DNA of 64,000 nt from Octopus sinensis (Eukaryota): positions 109,740,001 to 109,804,000 of the forward strand of contig NC_043003.1 of the NCBI RefSeq assembly GCF_006345805.1, written 5' to 3'. Positions 39,424 to 53,641 of the stretch are shown one piece after another. The notes beneath the pieces were generated by a model that searched no databases, was not told where the DNA came from, and saw only the letters and a list, made by a program, of their open reading frames with translations. Within the stretch, counting starts at the first letter, position 1, and the number at the start of each line of letters is the position of its first letter. Both the position numbers and the translations under genes were made by a program.

Positions 39424-40963
39424 TCACTGTGTATGGAAGGAACTTTTAGTAGAGTAGCAAAATTTCACGATGTCATTTGCAAAGTTGTATTGACTGATAT
39501 TGTTCTGAAAATCCTGTGACTGGATGGAAATGCCTTCTAGAAGATCCATAAGAGGTTGAGAAGGAGCTGGTAGTGCTGGCAATGTTACCTGACCGCCTGA
39601 GCAGCACATACCATTTGTTTCCTTTGAAACTTTTAAAGCTCTACAGAAATGACAATTTGTGCTTAGCACACCAATTTGAACAGAGTTATCGTTTTTATAA
39701 GAATGAGATGGATCATATCTGAAAATAGCTTCAGGAGTTGTGAAGAACGAATTTGTACGTCGTCTGTTTCTGAGAGCTTAACTATTGGACCTCTGTCTAA
39801 TAATTAAAACATTAATTTAATGATCCAGCATTAAGTGATGCAACATGCATTTGCTTATGTTGCGAACAGCTCATCTAGCTTCTCTCTTCAGACTCTCACC
39901 TTCAGTTTTCTACAATATGCCTTGCTTTATACTTGTTTCTGGAGAGATTACGTTTTTCTTTGGTGGCATATTTTCCCCAATATTGTAAACAAAAAAACTA
40001 TGAACATAGAAAGAAATTATACATTAATCCCTATTTTTGTAAGCAGTTGTATCCGTAAAAATTTTATTTCTAGAGAGCAGGAATCAAAAGAAGATAAAGC
40101 GAAAAGAACAGAGAAAGAAAGTGAAAGATGTATGTACGTCTATATGAAATGGACGTGTGTGTGTGTGTATGTGTGTGTGTGAATGTGTGCGCGTGCATGC
40201 GTGCTTGCGCGTGTGTATGACAGGGAGAAAGAGGGTGAGAAAGAGGGATAGAGTGAGTGAAGGTGTGTGTCGGGATGATTGACGTCTTTTAAGGTACGCA
40301 CACATATAGAAAATGTGATGTAATAGTATAACATTTTTACGATAGTTGATTTATGGAAAAGATTATGTTAAACTTCTGACACGCAAATATGTGAATGACA
40401 ATTAAGTTTAATTTGTAGCCAAAATAGTACTGAATCTTTTGATACCTCTTACGTCAAAATCTGTAACTCTGTTTTGGAAAGCATAAGGAATATATGATAT
40501 CAATGAGGCAGAGCTCTACATGGTAGCTAGACCTGGTAGAAATAGCAGCCAAATCTCCCTCAAAACACCCTGCTGTTTTAGTCCGAAAATTCTGCCTATT
40601 ATGTAATTTTAAAGAGAAACTGCCACTAAAGATTAAGATTATTAACCCCACAGAGAGAGGAACGGAGAGAGACAGCATAGCGAAGGTTTTGGCTGACTGT
40701 CATCCTGTATCCCCCTTGTTGCTAGCGAAATGGTATATGCCAGCTGTCTGAGCAACTGGTTGTTTTAATGGCGGAACAAACAGGACATTCAAGATTACAA
40801 AAGTAGCGATTCTCACTTTGAAACTAACGATTTAGAAAATCTTTTTAGATTACGGAACGCCCAGCTCTCTCACATATCCATGTTTAAAATTTCAGCGTGA
40901 TCGGATGAACAATACTCGAGTTATAAGCGAACAGACAGACGGAACGGATTTTATATATTAAGA
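39424..40963 (-). mobile_element. Helitron relic: 5' terminus plus RepHel N-terminal zinc-finger fragment
   Basis: CHFCRALKVSKETNGMCCSGGQVTLPALPAPSQPLMDLL...FQNNISQYN; minus-strand A|TCTTAATATATAAAA 5' end at about 40963; continuity between the two parts is inferred. Confidence 0.7.
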
Positions 40964-41066
40964 TATACACACACAAGTACAAGCTTAGATATACCGCTTG
41001 CACATAGTCAAACACGCACGCACACACAGACACACACAGACACACACAGACACACACACAGACACG

Positions 41067-41106
<40 letters not shown>

Positions 41107-42049
41107 CATGAATATATGAGAAGTATGCTGTTTTCAGATATGATCCATCCCACACTTATTGCAGCGGTCCCTTAATTTTTCTAAGCTTTCTAAAAGAACT
41201 CAGAAGGTTGGGGCTCCAACTAGGCCTTTGATGATACCCTTACAGGCAAGAACTTTTCAGCACCCCTCGTATATATATCGCTGTGGCCGTTCAAGAATTT
41301 GGAACTAGTGATCTCCATTTCCAGCGACTTCGAGGGTCACCTTCCAGTGGTGTCGGGCGTCAACGAAGAGCCCTCGACTACAAAAAGACGACCAAAGTTT
41401 TTTTTTTCCAAGGTCTGGGGTCTCCCGCTCCTAAGCCCTAGGCCATCACCTAATCACCCTTACTGGCCTTGCTGCTTAACAGCAACTACATCGCTGCGTG
41501 TGCGCTCGCACGTGTGCGTGTGCGTGTTTGTGAGTGTGAGTGCGCGCGTGTGTGTGTGTGTGTGTGTGTGAGTGCGTGTGTGTGAGTGCGTGTGTATACA
41601 AATAGATAAATAGATACACATACAGATATATTTCTACCGGTATAGCTAATAATAACCTGTATAAGGTTACGTCCATTTCTCTGCCTGTCAGCATTCTTCC
41701 TCCTCTTTCTGTCTATTTCTTTCTCTCTCTCTCCCTCTCTTACTCTCTCTTTCTCCCTCTCTCTCTCCCTTTTTCTTTCTCTCCCCTCTCCCTGTCTTCC
41801 AGTCTCTCTTAATCGTCCGTCTCTTTTATCTCACTTGCCCAATCTTTGCATTCTCAATGAAATCTATGTTATGCTGTCACGAACATCTCATGGACGACAT
41901 GCAAATTTCAGTTTGAAATGTCAAACAGTATCTGATGTCATTCACTCTTCTTATCACATCACTCACTCAAGAGATTATAACTTATATATACTTCACTTTG
42001 CTACAAGAGGCACGGTAGACTCTCATGTCATACGCACATACATTTCTAC

Positions 42050-42240
42050 ACAGACACACATATACACACACACATATATATACACACGCACATATACACC
42101 CATATACACATACACGCATATATATATATATAATATATATATATATATACACACACATATATATATACATATATATATATGTACACGTATATACTTATAT
42201 ATACATGTATATATATATATGCATATAGACACACGCCTAT

Positions 42241-42287
<47 letters not shown>

Positions 42288-42299
42288 ATATATATATTA

Positions 42300-42332
<33 letters not shown>

Positions 42333-42364
42333 TATATATATACATATACATATATATAATATAT

Positions 42365-42413
<49 letters not shown>

Positions 42414-42800
42414 CTAAAGATATATGCACAGACACCCACACATGCGCACATACCATTTTACATACACACTTGCATATATGTGTATCTATCATTGTACGAA
42501 TTCATGAGTTTCTTTGAGTGTAAGTGTATATAATTTCATAGACACACAAACACACAGACACGCGCACACACACACACACATAGCACACAGACACACATAC
42601 ATACATACATACATACATACATACATGCATACATGCATATATACATACATACATAATACATACATACATACATACATACATACATACATGCATACATGCA
42701 TATATACATACATACATAATACATACATACATACATGTGCATGTGTGTGTGTGTGCGTGTTTATGTATGTGTATACATATATTTGTTTATACAGAAACGC
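42050..42800. repeat. compound (TA)n/(CA)n/(TACA)n microsatellite block
   Basis: Directly visible. Confidence 0.9.
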
Positions 42801-43789
42801 ACACACAGAAATAGAGACACAAACATGTAATCGCTTACATAAGCTTACACAGACATTCACACAGGTAATTGTGCAGATGTAAGCAAGGAAGTAAATAACG
42901 CCTCGGCTTCGTATAAATTCCAGCTCATCTTTTCAACTGAAATCCCCTCTGAAAGAATTCGATGTAAGAACAACGACATTATTTGCAGAGCATCATTGAT
43001 TCCGATAAGCGTTCCACCACCTAAAGAGAGAATAACTAGCAAATAATCATGTCGTTTATTTTTTTAAATTCTTTAGGGAACGAATTTGGACTAAGCCCTA
43101 ATATGTTGTAATGTAAGGGAGACAATTACCAACCAGAAAGAAAAAAGTGAGCTGACAGTTTTCTTGTCTGGCGGAGTTACGTACCTTGAATTCCAGCAAC
43201 CGTTATAGGGAAGTGGGTCGCCTTGAAAATTTATTCGGTTGTTGAAGATGCTCCATCCTTGCGCTTCCTGTTCTATATTCAAATAAATAAAATCCTAGGA
43301 ACACGTTATCATAGGTGTCTTTTCTTATGACGGACAATGAGATGTGATTTGGAGGAGATACTAGCTGCTATGTTTAACAAAATTAGCGAAGACTCAGTCG
43401 AGCGGGCGTTGATTCGTCGCGAAGACCTGCTTACTAAATGACTGAGTGCGTTGTTATAGTAGTGGTTGTTGCTGTTGTGGTTATTATTGTTGCTGCTGTT
43501 GCTGTTGTCGTTTTCACATAGATCAAACCCTGAAGAGTTTGATCTGTTATCAAAAGATACCCAGCTATGACCAACCTACAATGATTTCAGAAAAATTTAT
43601 CTGAAAATATATCATTAGATGTATCCTTCGCGTGTATATGATGATAAACTGGGATGTAAAAGAAATTTGGCTGCCATTTCTAACAGGTTGAATCACTTCC
43701 TCGTGAACCTGTAGACATGTTACTTCTTATAGAGGGAATGTGAAACTTCCTGTGATTTAGCTTTTCTAGGCATTCCGCTCCAAATTTGG

Positions 43790-43990
43790 AAGGTGAGCTA
43801 GAGGAATCGCTACTACGCCGTGCTTAGCGACATTTCGTCTGTCTTTAAGTTCTGAGTTCAAACTCTGTGGGGTCGAATTTGCCTTTCATACTTTCGAGGT
43901 CGATAAAATAAGTACTACTTGCGCACTGGGTTCCCTGTAATGGACATGCCGCCTGCCCCGAAATTACTGGCCTTATGACAACATTTGAAA
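43790..43990 (+). mobile_element. SINE family A
   Basis: TTCTGAGTTCAAACTC...TTTGCCTTTCATACTTTCGAGGTCGATAAAATAAGTAC. Confidence 0.75.
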
Positions 43991-44076
43991 CCAGTATATC
44001 ACCTTCTCAATATAAGACACACATATGCACATAGAAACATACGCACATACAAGTATACATACATACATAAAAATAT

Positions 44077-44163
<87 letters not shown>

Positions 44164-44479
44164 ATAACACAAGTGAAGATGCATACATGTATATATAGAT
44201 TCATAGATAATATAGATCGATAGAGAGATAAAAAGATAACTAGATGCGTACATACATACATACATACACACATATCACACGTGAACCGACAAATTGCATA
44301 TTTGGCGTGGGAAACTATTGACCAAGCATACGATGAACACTATCTCCGATTTTGAAAGCACAAGTATCAGCCTGTGTTAAATAACTAATTAATCTTCAGA
44401 TGAATTAACTGAGGGAGCTTTTTATTCAAGATCGTAGAGATTGTTAACTGAAACTTGACTTTATCATACAGAGAGTTAT

Positions 44480-44800
44480 AACAAACAACATGGCTGGACA
44501 CGACATCCACAATCACATCAACGCAGCTGAAGAGCAGAACGAAAACGTCATCGCAAATTTGTAAACAAATATTCCTTAGCTGCAGCTATAGAAGAAACAG
44601 TTACTACAAAGGAAAATTTTCTAGGAGTTATGAACAGAATAATGATTTATTTAACTGTTACAAAAGAACAAAATAAAATCCGGCTGATGAATATATGGAC
44701 AAATTTAAAGCATACTGGGACGATCTGCACCCAGGACTACATTATTTTACTGTAAAACAATTACGCTACAAGCAAAATTACAAGCAAAATTTGTGGAACA
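44480..44800 (+). mobile_element. possible R4/Dong N-terminal fragment
   Basis: YMDKFKAYWDDLHPGLHYFTVKQLR resembles the N-terminal (F/Y)xxRMxxxW...xQR motif also seen at about 27870. Confidence 0.4.
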
Positions 44801-45224
44801 TAAGAAGGATGTTTGTGAATGTAATGTTATTCAGAAAAGATCTGAAATGATCTTTCTTCTAAACACAATAAACAAAAGAGTGAATAATTTTGCAACACGA
44901 TGTGGTTCCACAGTTAGCGACATTCCAAGGGATACCATATTGCTTGCCGGCCGAGATACATTACAGGTAGAGGTAACTGACCACTGTTCCTCTACTACAA
45001 CTATGGTAAAACAGCAGGCGTAACTGCTACCATCATTGTAGTAGTGGACAGGGTTATATATCGGTGAAATATACCCATCAGTTTCACTGCGTGACACATT
45101 AGGCAAGTGTCTATAGCGCTGTGTCGACCAAAGTTTTTTTCAGTGTAGATCTGGACGACCGAATTTGAACGATTATATATATATGTATATATATATATAT
45201 ATATAATATTATATATATATAATA

Positions 45225-45268
<44 letters not shown>

Positions 45269-45432
45269 AATCCTTTATTTGTGTATTAAGACTACCATTG
45301 ATTTCATGTTAAGAAAAATACCTGAAACCAACGGTGGCCTTAATAAGAAATTTTATCCACCAATGTTCGACAATTACGCGCGCGCGCTCACACATATGCA
45401 TACATACATACATACATACATGCATACATACA

Positions 45433-45464
<32 letters not shown>

Positions 45465-45484
45465 AATAAATATATATACCCTTT

Positions 45485-45856
45485 TACACTTTTACTTGTT
45501 TCGGTCATACGCTTGCGGCCATGCCTTTAGTCGAGCAAATCGACCCCAGGACTTATTCTGTGTAAGCCTAGTACTTATTCTATCGGTCTCTTTTGCCGAA
45601 ACGCTAAGTTAGGGGACGTAAACACAACATCATCGGTTGTTAAGCGATGTTGGGGGACAAACACACACACACACATATATATAGATATATACGACGGGCT
45701 TCTTTCAGTTTCTGTCTACAAAATCCACTCACAAGGCTTTGGTCGGCCCGAGGCTATAGTAGAAGGCACTTGTCCAAGGTGCCACGCAGTGGGACTTAAC
45801 CAAGAACCATGTAGTTGGTAAGCAAGCAACTTACCACACAACCATTTCTGCGCCTC
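45485..45856 (-). mobile_element. SINE family B
   Basis: Minus strand GGCGCAG..ATGGTTGTGTGGTAAGTTGCTTGCTTACCAAC...CCCACTGCGTGGCACCTTGG.CAAGTG...GGCCGACCAAAGCCTTGTGAGTGGATTT. Confidence 0.85.
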
Positions 45857-45924
45857 TAAAGATGAATATATACATGCAGATACGCACTCGCACACACAAT
45901 ATATGTATATTATGTATACATATA

Positions 45925-45988
<64 letters not shown>

Positions 45989-46082
45989 CATACATACATA
46001 CATATATATATATATATAAATACATATATATGTATATACATATTCATATATACCCACTGACGCACACACACTCACCCCCACC

Positions 46083-46114
<32 letters not shown>

Positions 46115-46863
46115 TGTATGTATGTATATGTGTGTGTATGTTACGTTTGTTTTTGTCCCCCGACATCGTTGTTTTGTGTAGTCCCCGTAACTTACCGGTT
46201 TAGCAAAAGCAGTTCTAGAGAAAATGTTTCAGCCTTAGAAACCAAATAAACAATAGGGTCAATCTATTCGACTAGACCCTTTGGCCCCCCAGTATCGCCA
46301 AAACCCAATGACTGAAATAAATAAAAGCATTAAGATAAAAATATAAAAGTGATTGAAATCCGATTTGCTTACATGATAACATTACCTTACTTAATGTAAT
46401 AATGCCGTTGCAGCTCACATGACTACTTGTATTTTTTCCCCCCATACTTACAAAAATTAAGTCAAAACTAACTTAACATTTAAGCTAAGACCACAACACT
46501 GCAAGAATGGTAGCACTGACCTTTTAAAATTCATGTAAACAGAGAAACATCGTAATCGCCCACCCGACAACTTATTCCAAAATTTAATAACATAAGTTCA
46601 AATAGTTATATTTACAGTTGCATAATTATTTTCATTCATTTAAGATTTATTGAAATTCATGGAAAAGTAAATTAATTAAATATGTCTGTTTGTGTTATTT
46701 CCAGTGAATAATATCAGTAATTGAACTCATCATATTTGACATGTGTAGACATTTTTAATAAAAATCAATTTTTAATCAGCAGAAATTAATATCGTATTTT
46801 ACATAACATTTCAATCTATCTGTCACTCTAACGATCAATATATATATATATTATTATATATAT

Positions 46864-46909
<46 letters not shown>

Positions 46910-46955
46910 CATAACATATATATATATATATATATATACATATATACATACATAC

Positions 46956-46997
<42 letters not shown>

Positions 46998-47399
46998 AAT
47001 ATATGTATATATATATATACACATATGTGTTGGTTGGTATGAGAGTGTGTGTATGTGTGCGCGGGAGTGTGTGTATGCACATATGTATGTATATTTATAT
47101 TTATATATGCGTGAATATATATGTATAAGTATATATATAAATATATATATATATGCATATTTGTATGTGTATGTTTATGCATGTGTGTGAGTGTGTGTGT
47201 GTGTGTACACACATACATGCGTGTATATATGGGGAGGAGAATGTTCGTTTCCCTGGCGCTAATAATTTCGCATCAACATATTCATGCATGCATACATACA
47301 TTATGTATAAATACATAAACAGATATATATCTATATATTGTATGTATGCATGTATGTACGGATGCATGTATGTATATACGTACGCATACACATATATAG

Positions 47400-47434
<35 letters not shown>

Positions 47435-47799
47435 CATCCACACACACACACATATATTTCCGGTTATGTTGGACTGAGATGTTTGGTATAATTTCAGACA
47501 TTACAAATGTATGTCTGTTTCTTCACTTTGTCTGGCAAATATTCCATGGGATTGCAATTCTCTTGAAAATTAGTCGTCTGTTTTGAAAACTGTATATTTA
47601 AGTTATATTTTTAACATCTAGCGATATATTTTCAATTAACATCGTCTTAACTTTCGGAAGAATTTGGACTTCGAATGATATTGTCTTTTTTTTTCTCTGA
47701 TTGATACTTAAATCTCTTTGATTATTCTAATAAGGATCACACTCACACGCACACACACACACTCACACACACACACACTCTCTCTCTCTTTCTCTCTCT

Positions 47800-48183
47800 C
47801 ATGGAAGCACTCCGTCGGTTACGACGACGAGGGTTCCGGTTGATCCGATCAACGGAACAGCCTGCTCGTTAAATTAACGTGTAAGTGGCTGAGCACTCCA
47901 CAGACACGTGTACCCTTAACGTAGTTCTCGGAGATATTCAGCGTGACACAGAGAGTGACAAGGCTGGCCCTTTGAAATACAGGTACAACAGTAACAGGAA
48001 GTAAGAGTGAGAGAAAGCTGTGGTGAAAGAGTACAGCAGGGATCACCACCATCCCTGCAGAGCCTCGTGGAGCTTTAGGTGTTTTCGCTCAATAAACACC
48101 CACAACGCCCGGTCTGGGAATCGAAACCGCGATCCTACGACCGCGAGTCCGCTGCCCTAACCACTGGGCCATTGCGCCTCCAC
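47800..48183 (-). mobile_element. SINE family C (tRNA-Arg-like head), well preserved
   Basis: GGAGGCGCAATGGCCCAGTGGTTAGGGCAGCGGACTCGCGGTCGTAGGATCGCGGTTTCGATTCCCAGACC with A and B boxes, followed by about 300 bp of body. Confidence 0.85.
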
Positions 48184-48724
48184 TCTCTCTCTCATACACA
48201 TATACAGAAACACAAACGTGCATACACACAGAAACACACACCCATCAGACGCATATATATATATGCAACTGAAGGCAAACAGTAACACACCTCCCCTATC
48301 ACAGCAGAAGAACTGTCGGCGCCATCCTAACTTCCCCATCATACTCAGCAATCCTGTCCTTCTGTCTATATTCCCACCTAGCTATTTTTTTTTTTATCCT
48401 TACAAACTCACCTTACCACAGCTAAGTTTCATATACACCACTCTAACCCATCTGAGGGGAACAGTCTTCCCCAGACACTGTAGGTGCCGCTTGAAAACCT
48501 AAGTAAATCAGTCTGATGTTCACTAGTAAACTATGTTACTAACTGTGCAACACTAATCATGCCTTACAATTTCATCATATGTATACCTGCCTATGAAATT
48601 CGCAGTCACCATCCCGTTAATTCAGAAACAGATAATTCCGCTGACTGAACAAATGATTCTTCATCATTGAACGATGGTGATCACTTCCCAACACCATATA
48701 TATATATATATATATAATATATAT

Positions 48725-49078
48725 ATTTGTGCCAAATTTTGGCATTGTAAGCTACACCAATGCTAGAACGGGACGACACTGCATAGTGACAAAGGTCCCA
48801 GCAATGCCATCACGCTTCAGGACCAGCTTTTTAATATTCTCCCAAAGAGTCTGAGGAACTTGCACAAAGTAGATGTAGCGGTTTTTAAATCAAAGTTGGA
48901 CATCTTCCTGTCAAGAGTCCCAGATGAACCTACCTCACGGCAAGAGGTGCAAATGTGAGTAGCTGTATCAAACTCCATTCTTCACCAAGTGCCATATATT
49001 AGACGAGGTTCGTCGTAATAACAGTGTAGCACAAAACGGCGGTGCACAGCATGGCCGCAGCTCTGAGCTGAAACTAGA

Positions 49079-49080
<2 letters not shown>
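48725..49080 (+). mobile_element. CR1-group LINE 3' end
   Basis: QLFNILPKSLRNLHKVDVAVFKSKLDIFLSRVPDEP; tail GGCGGTGC..AGCATGGCCGCAGCTCTGAGCTGAAAC. Confidence 0.75.
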
Positions 49081-49167
<87 letters not shown>

Positions 49168-49439
49168 AACTTAATTGTAATTCGAATTTAATTATAGCCA
49201 TGAAACGTACGTAGTGTTTTTACTTAATATATTATATTTATCATTCTTTTTATACTTTTGGGTAAAAATAAAATAAAATAAAATTTTAATTTAAATTTTA
49301 AATTATATATATATATATTATATATTATATTGATTTTAATTATATTTGTATTATTTGTTATTTATGTATTGGTTTATGTCTATCAATGTTTGAGTTGCCT
49401 AATAATGGTTTTATCTCTAATTCATATTTTATATATATA

Positions 49440-49620
49440 TGTTGATAGAAATGGTAAGACAACAAAAGAATGAAAGAGACCTCGATATTATGTAAATGGA
49501 CGAATTTATCCGTAATATGACAATTATTCGGTAGCCATGATAAAATTCCGAGTTTCAGATGTCAGGGTGGAAATCCGCACTTCCATCTCTTCAGTTATCC
49601 GGCAATCGGAAAAAATGCTA
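49440..49620 (-). mobile_element. family HH-A element with canonical CUGAAGA hammerhead core
   Basis: Reverse complement of 49539-49599 = GATAA-CTGAAGA-GATG...CATCT-GAAA-CTCGGAA-TT-TTATC; 3' tail homologous to 3926-4030 and abuts (TA)n. Confidence 0.75.
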
Positions 49621-49874
49621 TGAAAATACATAGTTAAGGAAAATTAAAACTGACCTCGCAAATATGTACATTTTTGAGTGACGCAGTTATGCACAGATCG
49701 GTAGTTTTATAATAGCATACACAGTATAAGTGGGGTTTAAAATTAAGAATGGTTGCCAGGTGATTTCGTACAGGGAAAACATTCGCATAAAAGAGCTGTT
49801 TTATTTAGTCATGCAACCTGCGAAAGGTGAGCGTTGTAGAACACCGCTATATTTATTACGTGCTAGTACCACAA

Positions 49875-49907
<33 letters not shown>

Positions 49908-49981
49908 ACACACACACACACACACACCTTTTAGTTTTCCACGCGAGAATCTGCATACTCATTACATTTTGTAGTTCGTCT

Positions 49982-50172
49982 ATTGGTTTCGAATTTTGGC
50001 ACTAGTCAAAGAGGCTAAGAGGCTAAGTCGATTTCATTGACCTCAATGCTCAATTGGTACTTATTTTATCGACCCCAAAATAATGAAAGGAAATGTCGAC
50101 CCCGGCGGAATCTGAACTCAGAACGTAAGGACGGACGAAATCCCGGTGTGCTAACGATTCTGCCAGCTCGCC
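49982..50172 (-). mobile_element. SINE family A
   Basis: TGGTACTTATTTTATCGACCCC...CTAACGATTCTGCCAGCTCGCC. Confidence 0.8.
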
Positions 50173-51122
50173 GATTTGTCCAAAGCTGGGGAGCTGTCTC
50201 ATCAGTAGTAAAATTTTCTCCGTCGTTTGCTATTCTCGAAGCAAAAACAAAATTAAATGGTAGGTAATAATACAACGAAAATAACTTTTGCACATCTTAG
50301 TTTTATTGATTAGCATAAGTGATATACTGTAACTGTAGTCTGATCCAGTCTATGCTAGCGAAGTCAGTGAAGTATAACTCAGTGTTATTGCATGTAAGAA
50401 TGACAACACATCAGATCTCTGTTCATGGAGGCAGCGCAATTTTGACGTAAGTTGTCAAGGCTGTATGCAAATGTATGACATTGTAAGGTGAGGAAGGACT
50501 GAAATGCAATATCATCTATTTAGGAATGAGCGATGTTAAATATGACAAAAAGAAGTTTGTTAACTTAGATGAAGAAAAATGTAGGAGATATAATTGAATA
50601 TGGGGCTAAAAGAGTGAGAACTAGAGAGAGTGATATTAGCATGCGTTTATGATTTTATGATCCGATAGGACTCCTTCGGCCGAAGAGGGCACAGATGGAT
50701 GAAACAGATACGCGAAATAGTTTAACGAAAAGATTCTCTTGATACTCATGCTGGACAAAATAAAATGTTTTCGTAGTCTTAACAGAAACAACATTATATT
50801 CCTCGAATTTCTGAAAAAAAAAAACAAGCCTTCACACAGACTAACGTAGAAGAAAGAACTTTCTCACTAGACTTAGATCTACGGATGCTGCACTAAAATT
50901 GGAAAAATTATTAATGGCAGTTTCTATCTATACCTGATGTGTGCATTCGATTTACATATTCGTCTCTACATAATAATATGCTTACATACTAGCATATAAA
51001 TACACACACGCCAGTTTTGACTACGACTTGAAATTATGGTTACTGGCTTACACAACATCACTTATCTACCCGTCTGTCTGTCTATCTGCCTGCTTGCCTG
51101 TCCTTCCGTCCGTCCGTCTGTG

Positions 51123-51123
<1 letters not shown>

Positions 51124-51214
<91 letters not shown>
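51124..51214. repeat. (ATCT)n microsatellite
   Basis: Directly visible. Confidence 0.95.
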
Positions 51215-51216
<2 letters not shown>

Positions 51217-51830
51217 GAATTGTCAGATAAATTTGTTCGTTACTTTCTTATGTTATTTGACTTAACACGGAAACTATTTTTATCGTAGTGCTTTATGGTT
51301 TTTTGCAGCTCTTTATTCCTCAGCGGATTGTTTATCGTTTTCGAAATTTGAATAAATTTCACCTCTTTTCAGACAAATGATGGAGTGCCAGGAAATTAAA
51401 AATGAAAAAAAAAAAGAGCATTTTCGACACCGCCACCTCTTAGATTTCTGTCAAAACTCCGAAGTTGCTAAAACGGCTTGAGACATTTGTGGTGTGCGGG
51501 GAGAAGTCGTGCTTACAGAAAGAGCTGCAGAGAAATGGTTTTCAAGTTTCAAAGAAGGAAAATCTGATCTCATAGTTTCTCTGCGTTCCGGCTGACCTGT
51601 TCAGTCCAATGAATAATGGCTGAATGAGCTGATCCATGATTATCCATGCCAATTCACTTGGGAATTGGTCAAGCATTTAGAATGCTCATATACCATCGGC
51701 CGCCACCATTATTCGATGGATAATGTTAAAAAACTCGGTGCCTGGATTCCACATGCTTGAAACAAAAGAGACAAACTTCAGCTCTCCCCTATTTCCGGTC
51801 AGTTTATTCAGGGGACATCAGGTTACTCTT
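51215..51830 (+). mobile_element. mariner transposase pseudogene, 5' part
   Basis: KEHFRH...DICGVRGEVVLTERAAEKWFSSFKEG...RSG.P HTH, and KKLGAWIPH (WVPHEL-like). Confidence 0.75.
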
Positions 51831-51859
51831 GGAGGCAGATCGCTCCGGTTTTCTTTCTT

Positions 51860-52910
51860 GTGTTAAAGTGTAAACCTAGCCGCCTAGGTAGAACAGAGAT
51901 CAGTGAACCGATTCTTCTGGTTTGAATTTTTGTCAGGAGCTAAAATTCCTCACAGGCTTTCAGAACAATACAGAGACAGCGTTCTACCGCGTAGAAGCGT
52001 GTATGAGTGGATCAAGTAAGTTTTAAAATGACCAGTAAAGCGGGAATCGCAAAGAGGGAGCAAGATGCCTATCAATTTCCACCACTGACGAAGATTCCAC
52101 AAGCTTGTGAGGTGGTCCTGGCGAACCGACCAGTAAGCATCCGTGAGGTGGCATGTTCTCTGTGACGTATTCATGGTTGTGCATACGAAGTCATCCACGA
52201 CAAGATTCGCTTCCGTAAAGTCTGTGCGAGATGGATGCCAAGAGAGTTTACCGAAGCGCATAAGTACAATCACGTGGTGATCTGTCAATGCTTATTAGAC
52301 TGCCGCAACGATGAGGGCGAAACGTTTTGGAGAGAATAATCACAGCAAAGGAAATCTGGGTTCATCATTTTGAGCCAGAATCCAGAAGGCAGAGTATGGA
52401 GTAGAAACGTCCGGGGTTGCAAGCTGAAAAGAATTGAAGCCTCAACCTTTCGCAGAAAAAGCAATGCTAACTGTGTTTTAATACGCAAAATGGCCTATAC
52501 TGGAACATTACATGGAAAAGGGGTCTATAGAAACCGGATGTAAGCAAAAGTGAAATGCTGGACAACAAACTGAAACCAGCAATTTACAGCCAATGCTGAA
52601 ATCTAATGCCAAAGCTATTATTATTGTTGCACGAAAACGTACGGCCACATAAGGCCGTCCACAGCGTTGAAACCATTGAAACATTGAGCTTCGAGTTGCT
52701 GGAACACCCTGCATACTGACTAGATATCATACCTTTAGACCATTACCTCTTTGGACCGCTCAAACCTCCTATACGAGGTCGTCGATTTGCTTTGGACGAA
52801 GAAGCGGAGCAAGCGGTGTAAATGTTGGAAAATGATGGACTTCTTCAACTCCTGCTTTACGTTAATAAACTACAGAAGCAAGAGTGCGTATAATATTTTA
52901 CTGACACTCG
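51860..52910 (+). mobile_element. second mariner transposase pseudogene with right TIR
   Basis: RSVYEWI, KVCARWMPRE (WVPREL), WVHHFEPESRRQSME, degenerate YSPDLAP.DHYLFGPLK; ends ...CACTCG|TA. Confidence 0.75.
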
Positions 52911-52978
52911 TATATGTATATGTAAATCTGTGTGTACATACATGCATACATATCTATATATCTATACACACAAACATG

Positions 52979-53039
<61 letters not shown>

Positions 53040-53103
53040 CATATTTGTATGTGTAGATAGATATGTATGTATTATGTATGTAGATATAATATATATAATA
53101 AAT

Positions 53104-53576
53104 ATTAGGGAATAAATCCAAACTTACAGGGAAAAATCAGATTTAGGATTGAATCCAATTTTATAGTAAAATATTATATTATATTAAATTAGAGACAAAA
53201 CCAATATTATGCAAATCAAACAAAGAAAGACTTAATCCAATACATAAATTAATTTATATTATTTAGAAATTTAACAATTATTAATATCCACTACGATCGT
53301 TTTATGTCTTCTTTTCATCACATCTTTGAGTAGTACCCATTCTTCAGGTGGTTTCAAATATTCTTGGCGAGTTCATAGTTTAAACTCGCCAAGAATATTT
53401 GAAACCACCTGAAGAATGTCTACTACTCAAAGATGTGATGAAAAGAAGACATAAAACGATCGTAGTGGATATTAATAATTGTTAAATTTCTAAATAATAT
53501 AAATTAATTTATGTATTGGATTAAGTCTTTCTTTGTTTGATTTGCATAATAGTGGTTTTGTCTCTAATTTAATATA

Positions 53577-53585
<9 letters not shown>
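53104..53585. mobile_element. hammerhead-bearing fold-back element, family HH-E (arms of about 200 bp)
   Basis: Arms 53171-53373 and 53383-53585 with a 9-nt spacer; 53405-53468 CCAC-CTGAAGA-ATGTCT...AGACAT-AAAA-CGATCG-TA-GTGG; (TA)n flanks. Confidence 0.8.
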
Positions 53586-53636
<51 letters not shown>

Positions 53637-53641
53637 CTACA

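Noticed and set aside
48108-48183. tRNA-Arg gene
   Set aside because: There is no proper acceptor stem or terminator, and the sequence continues into a multi-copy SINE body.
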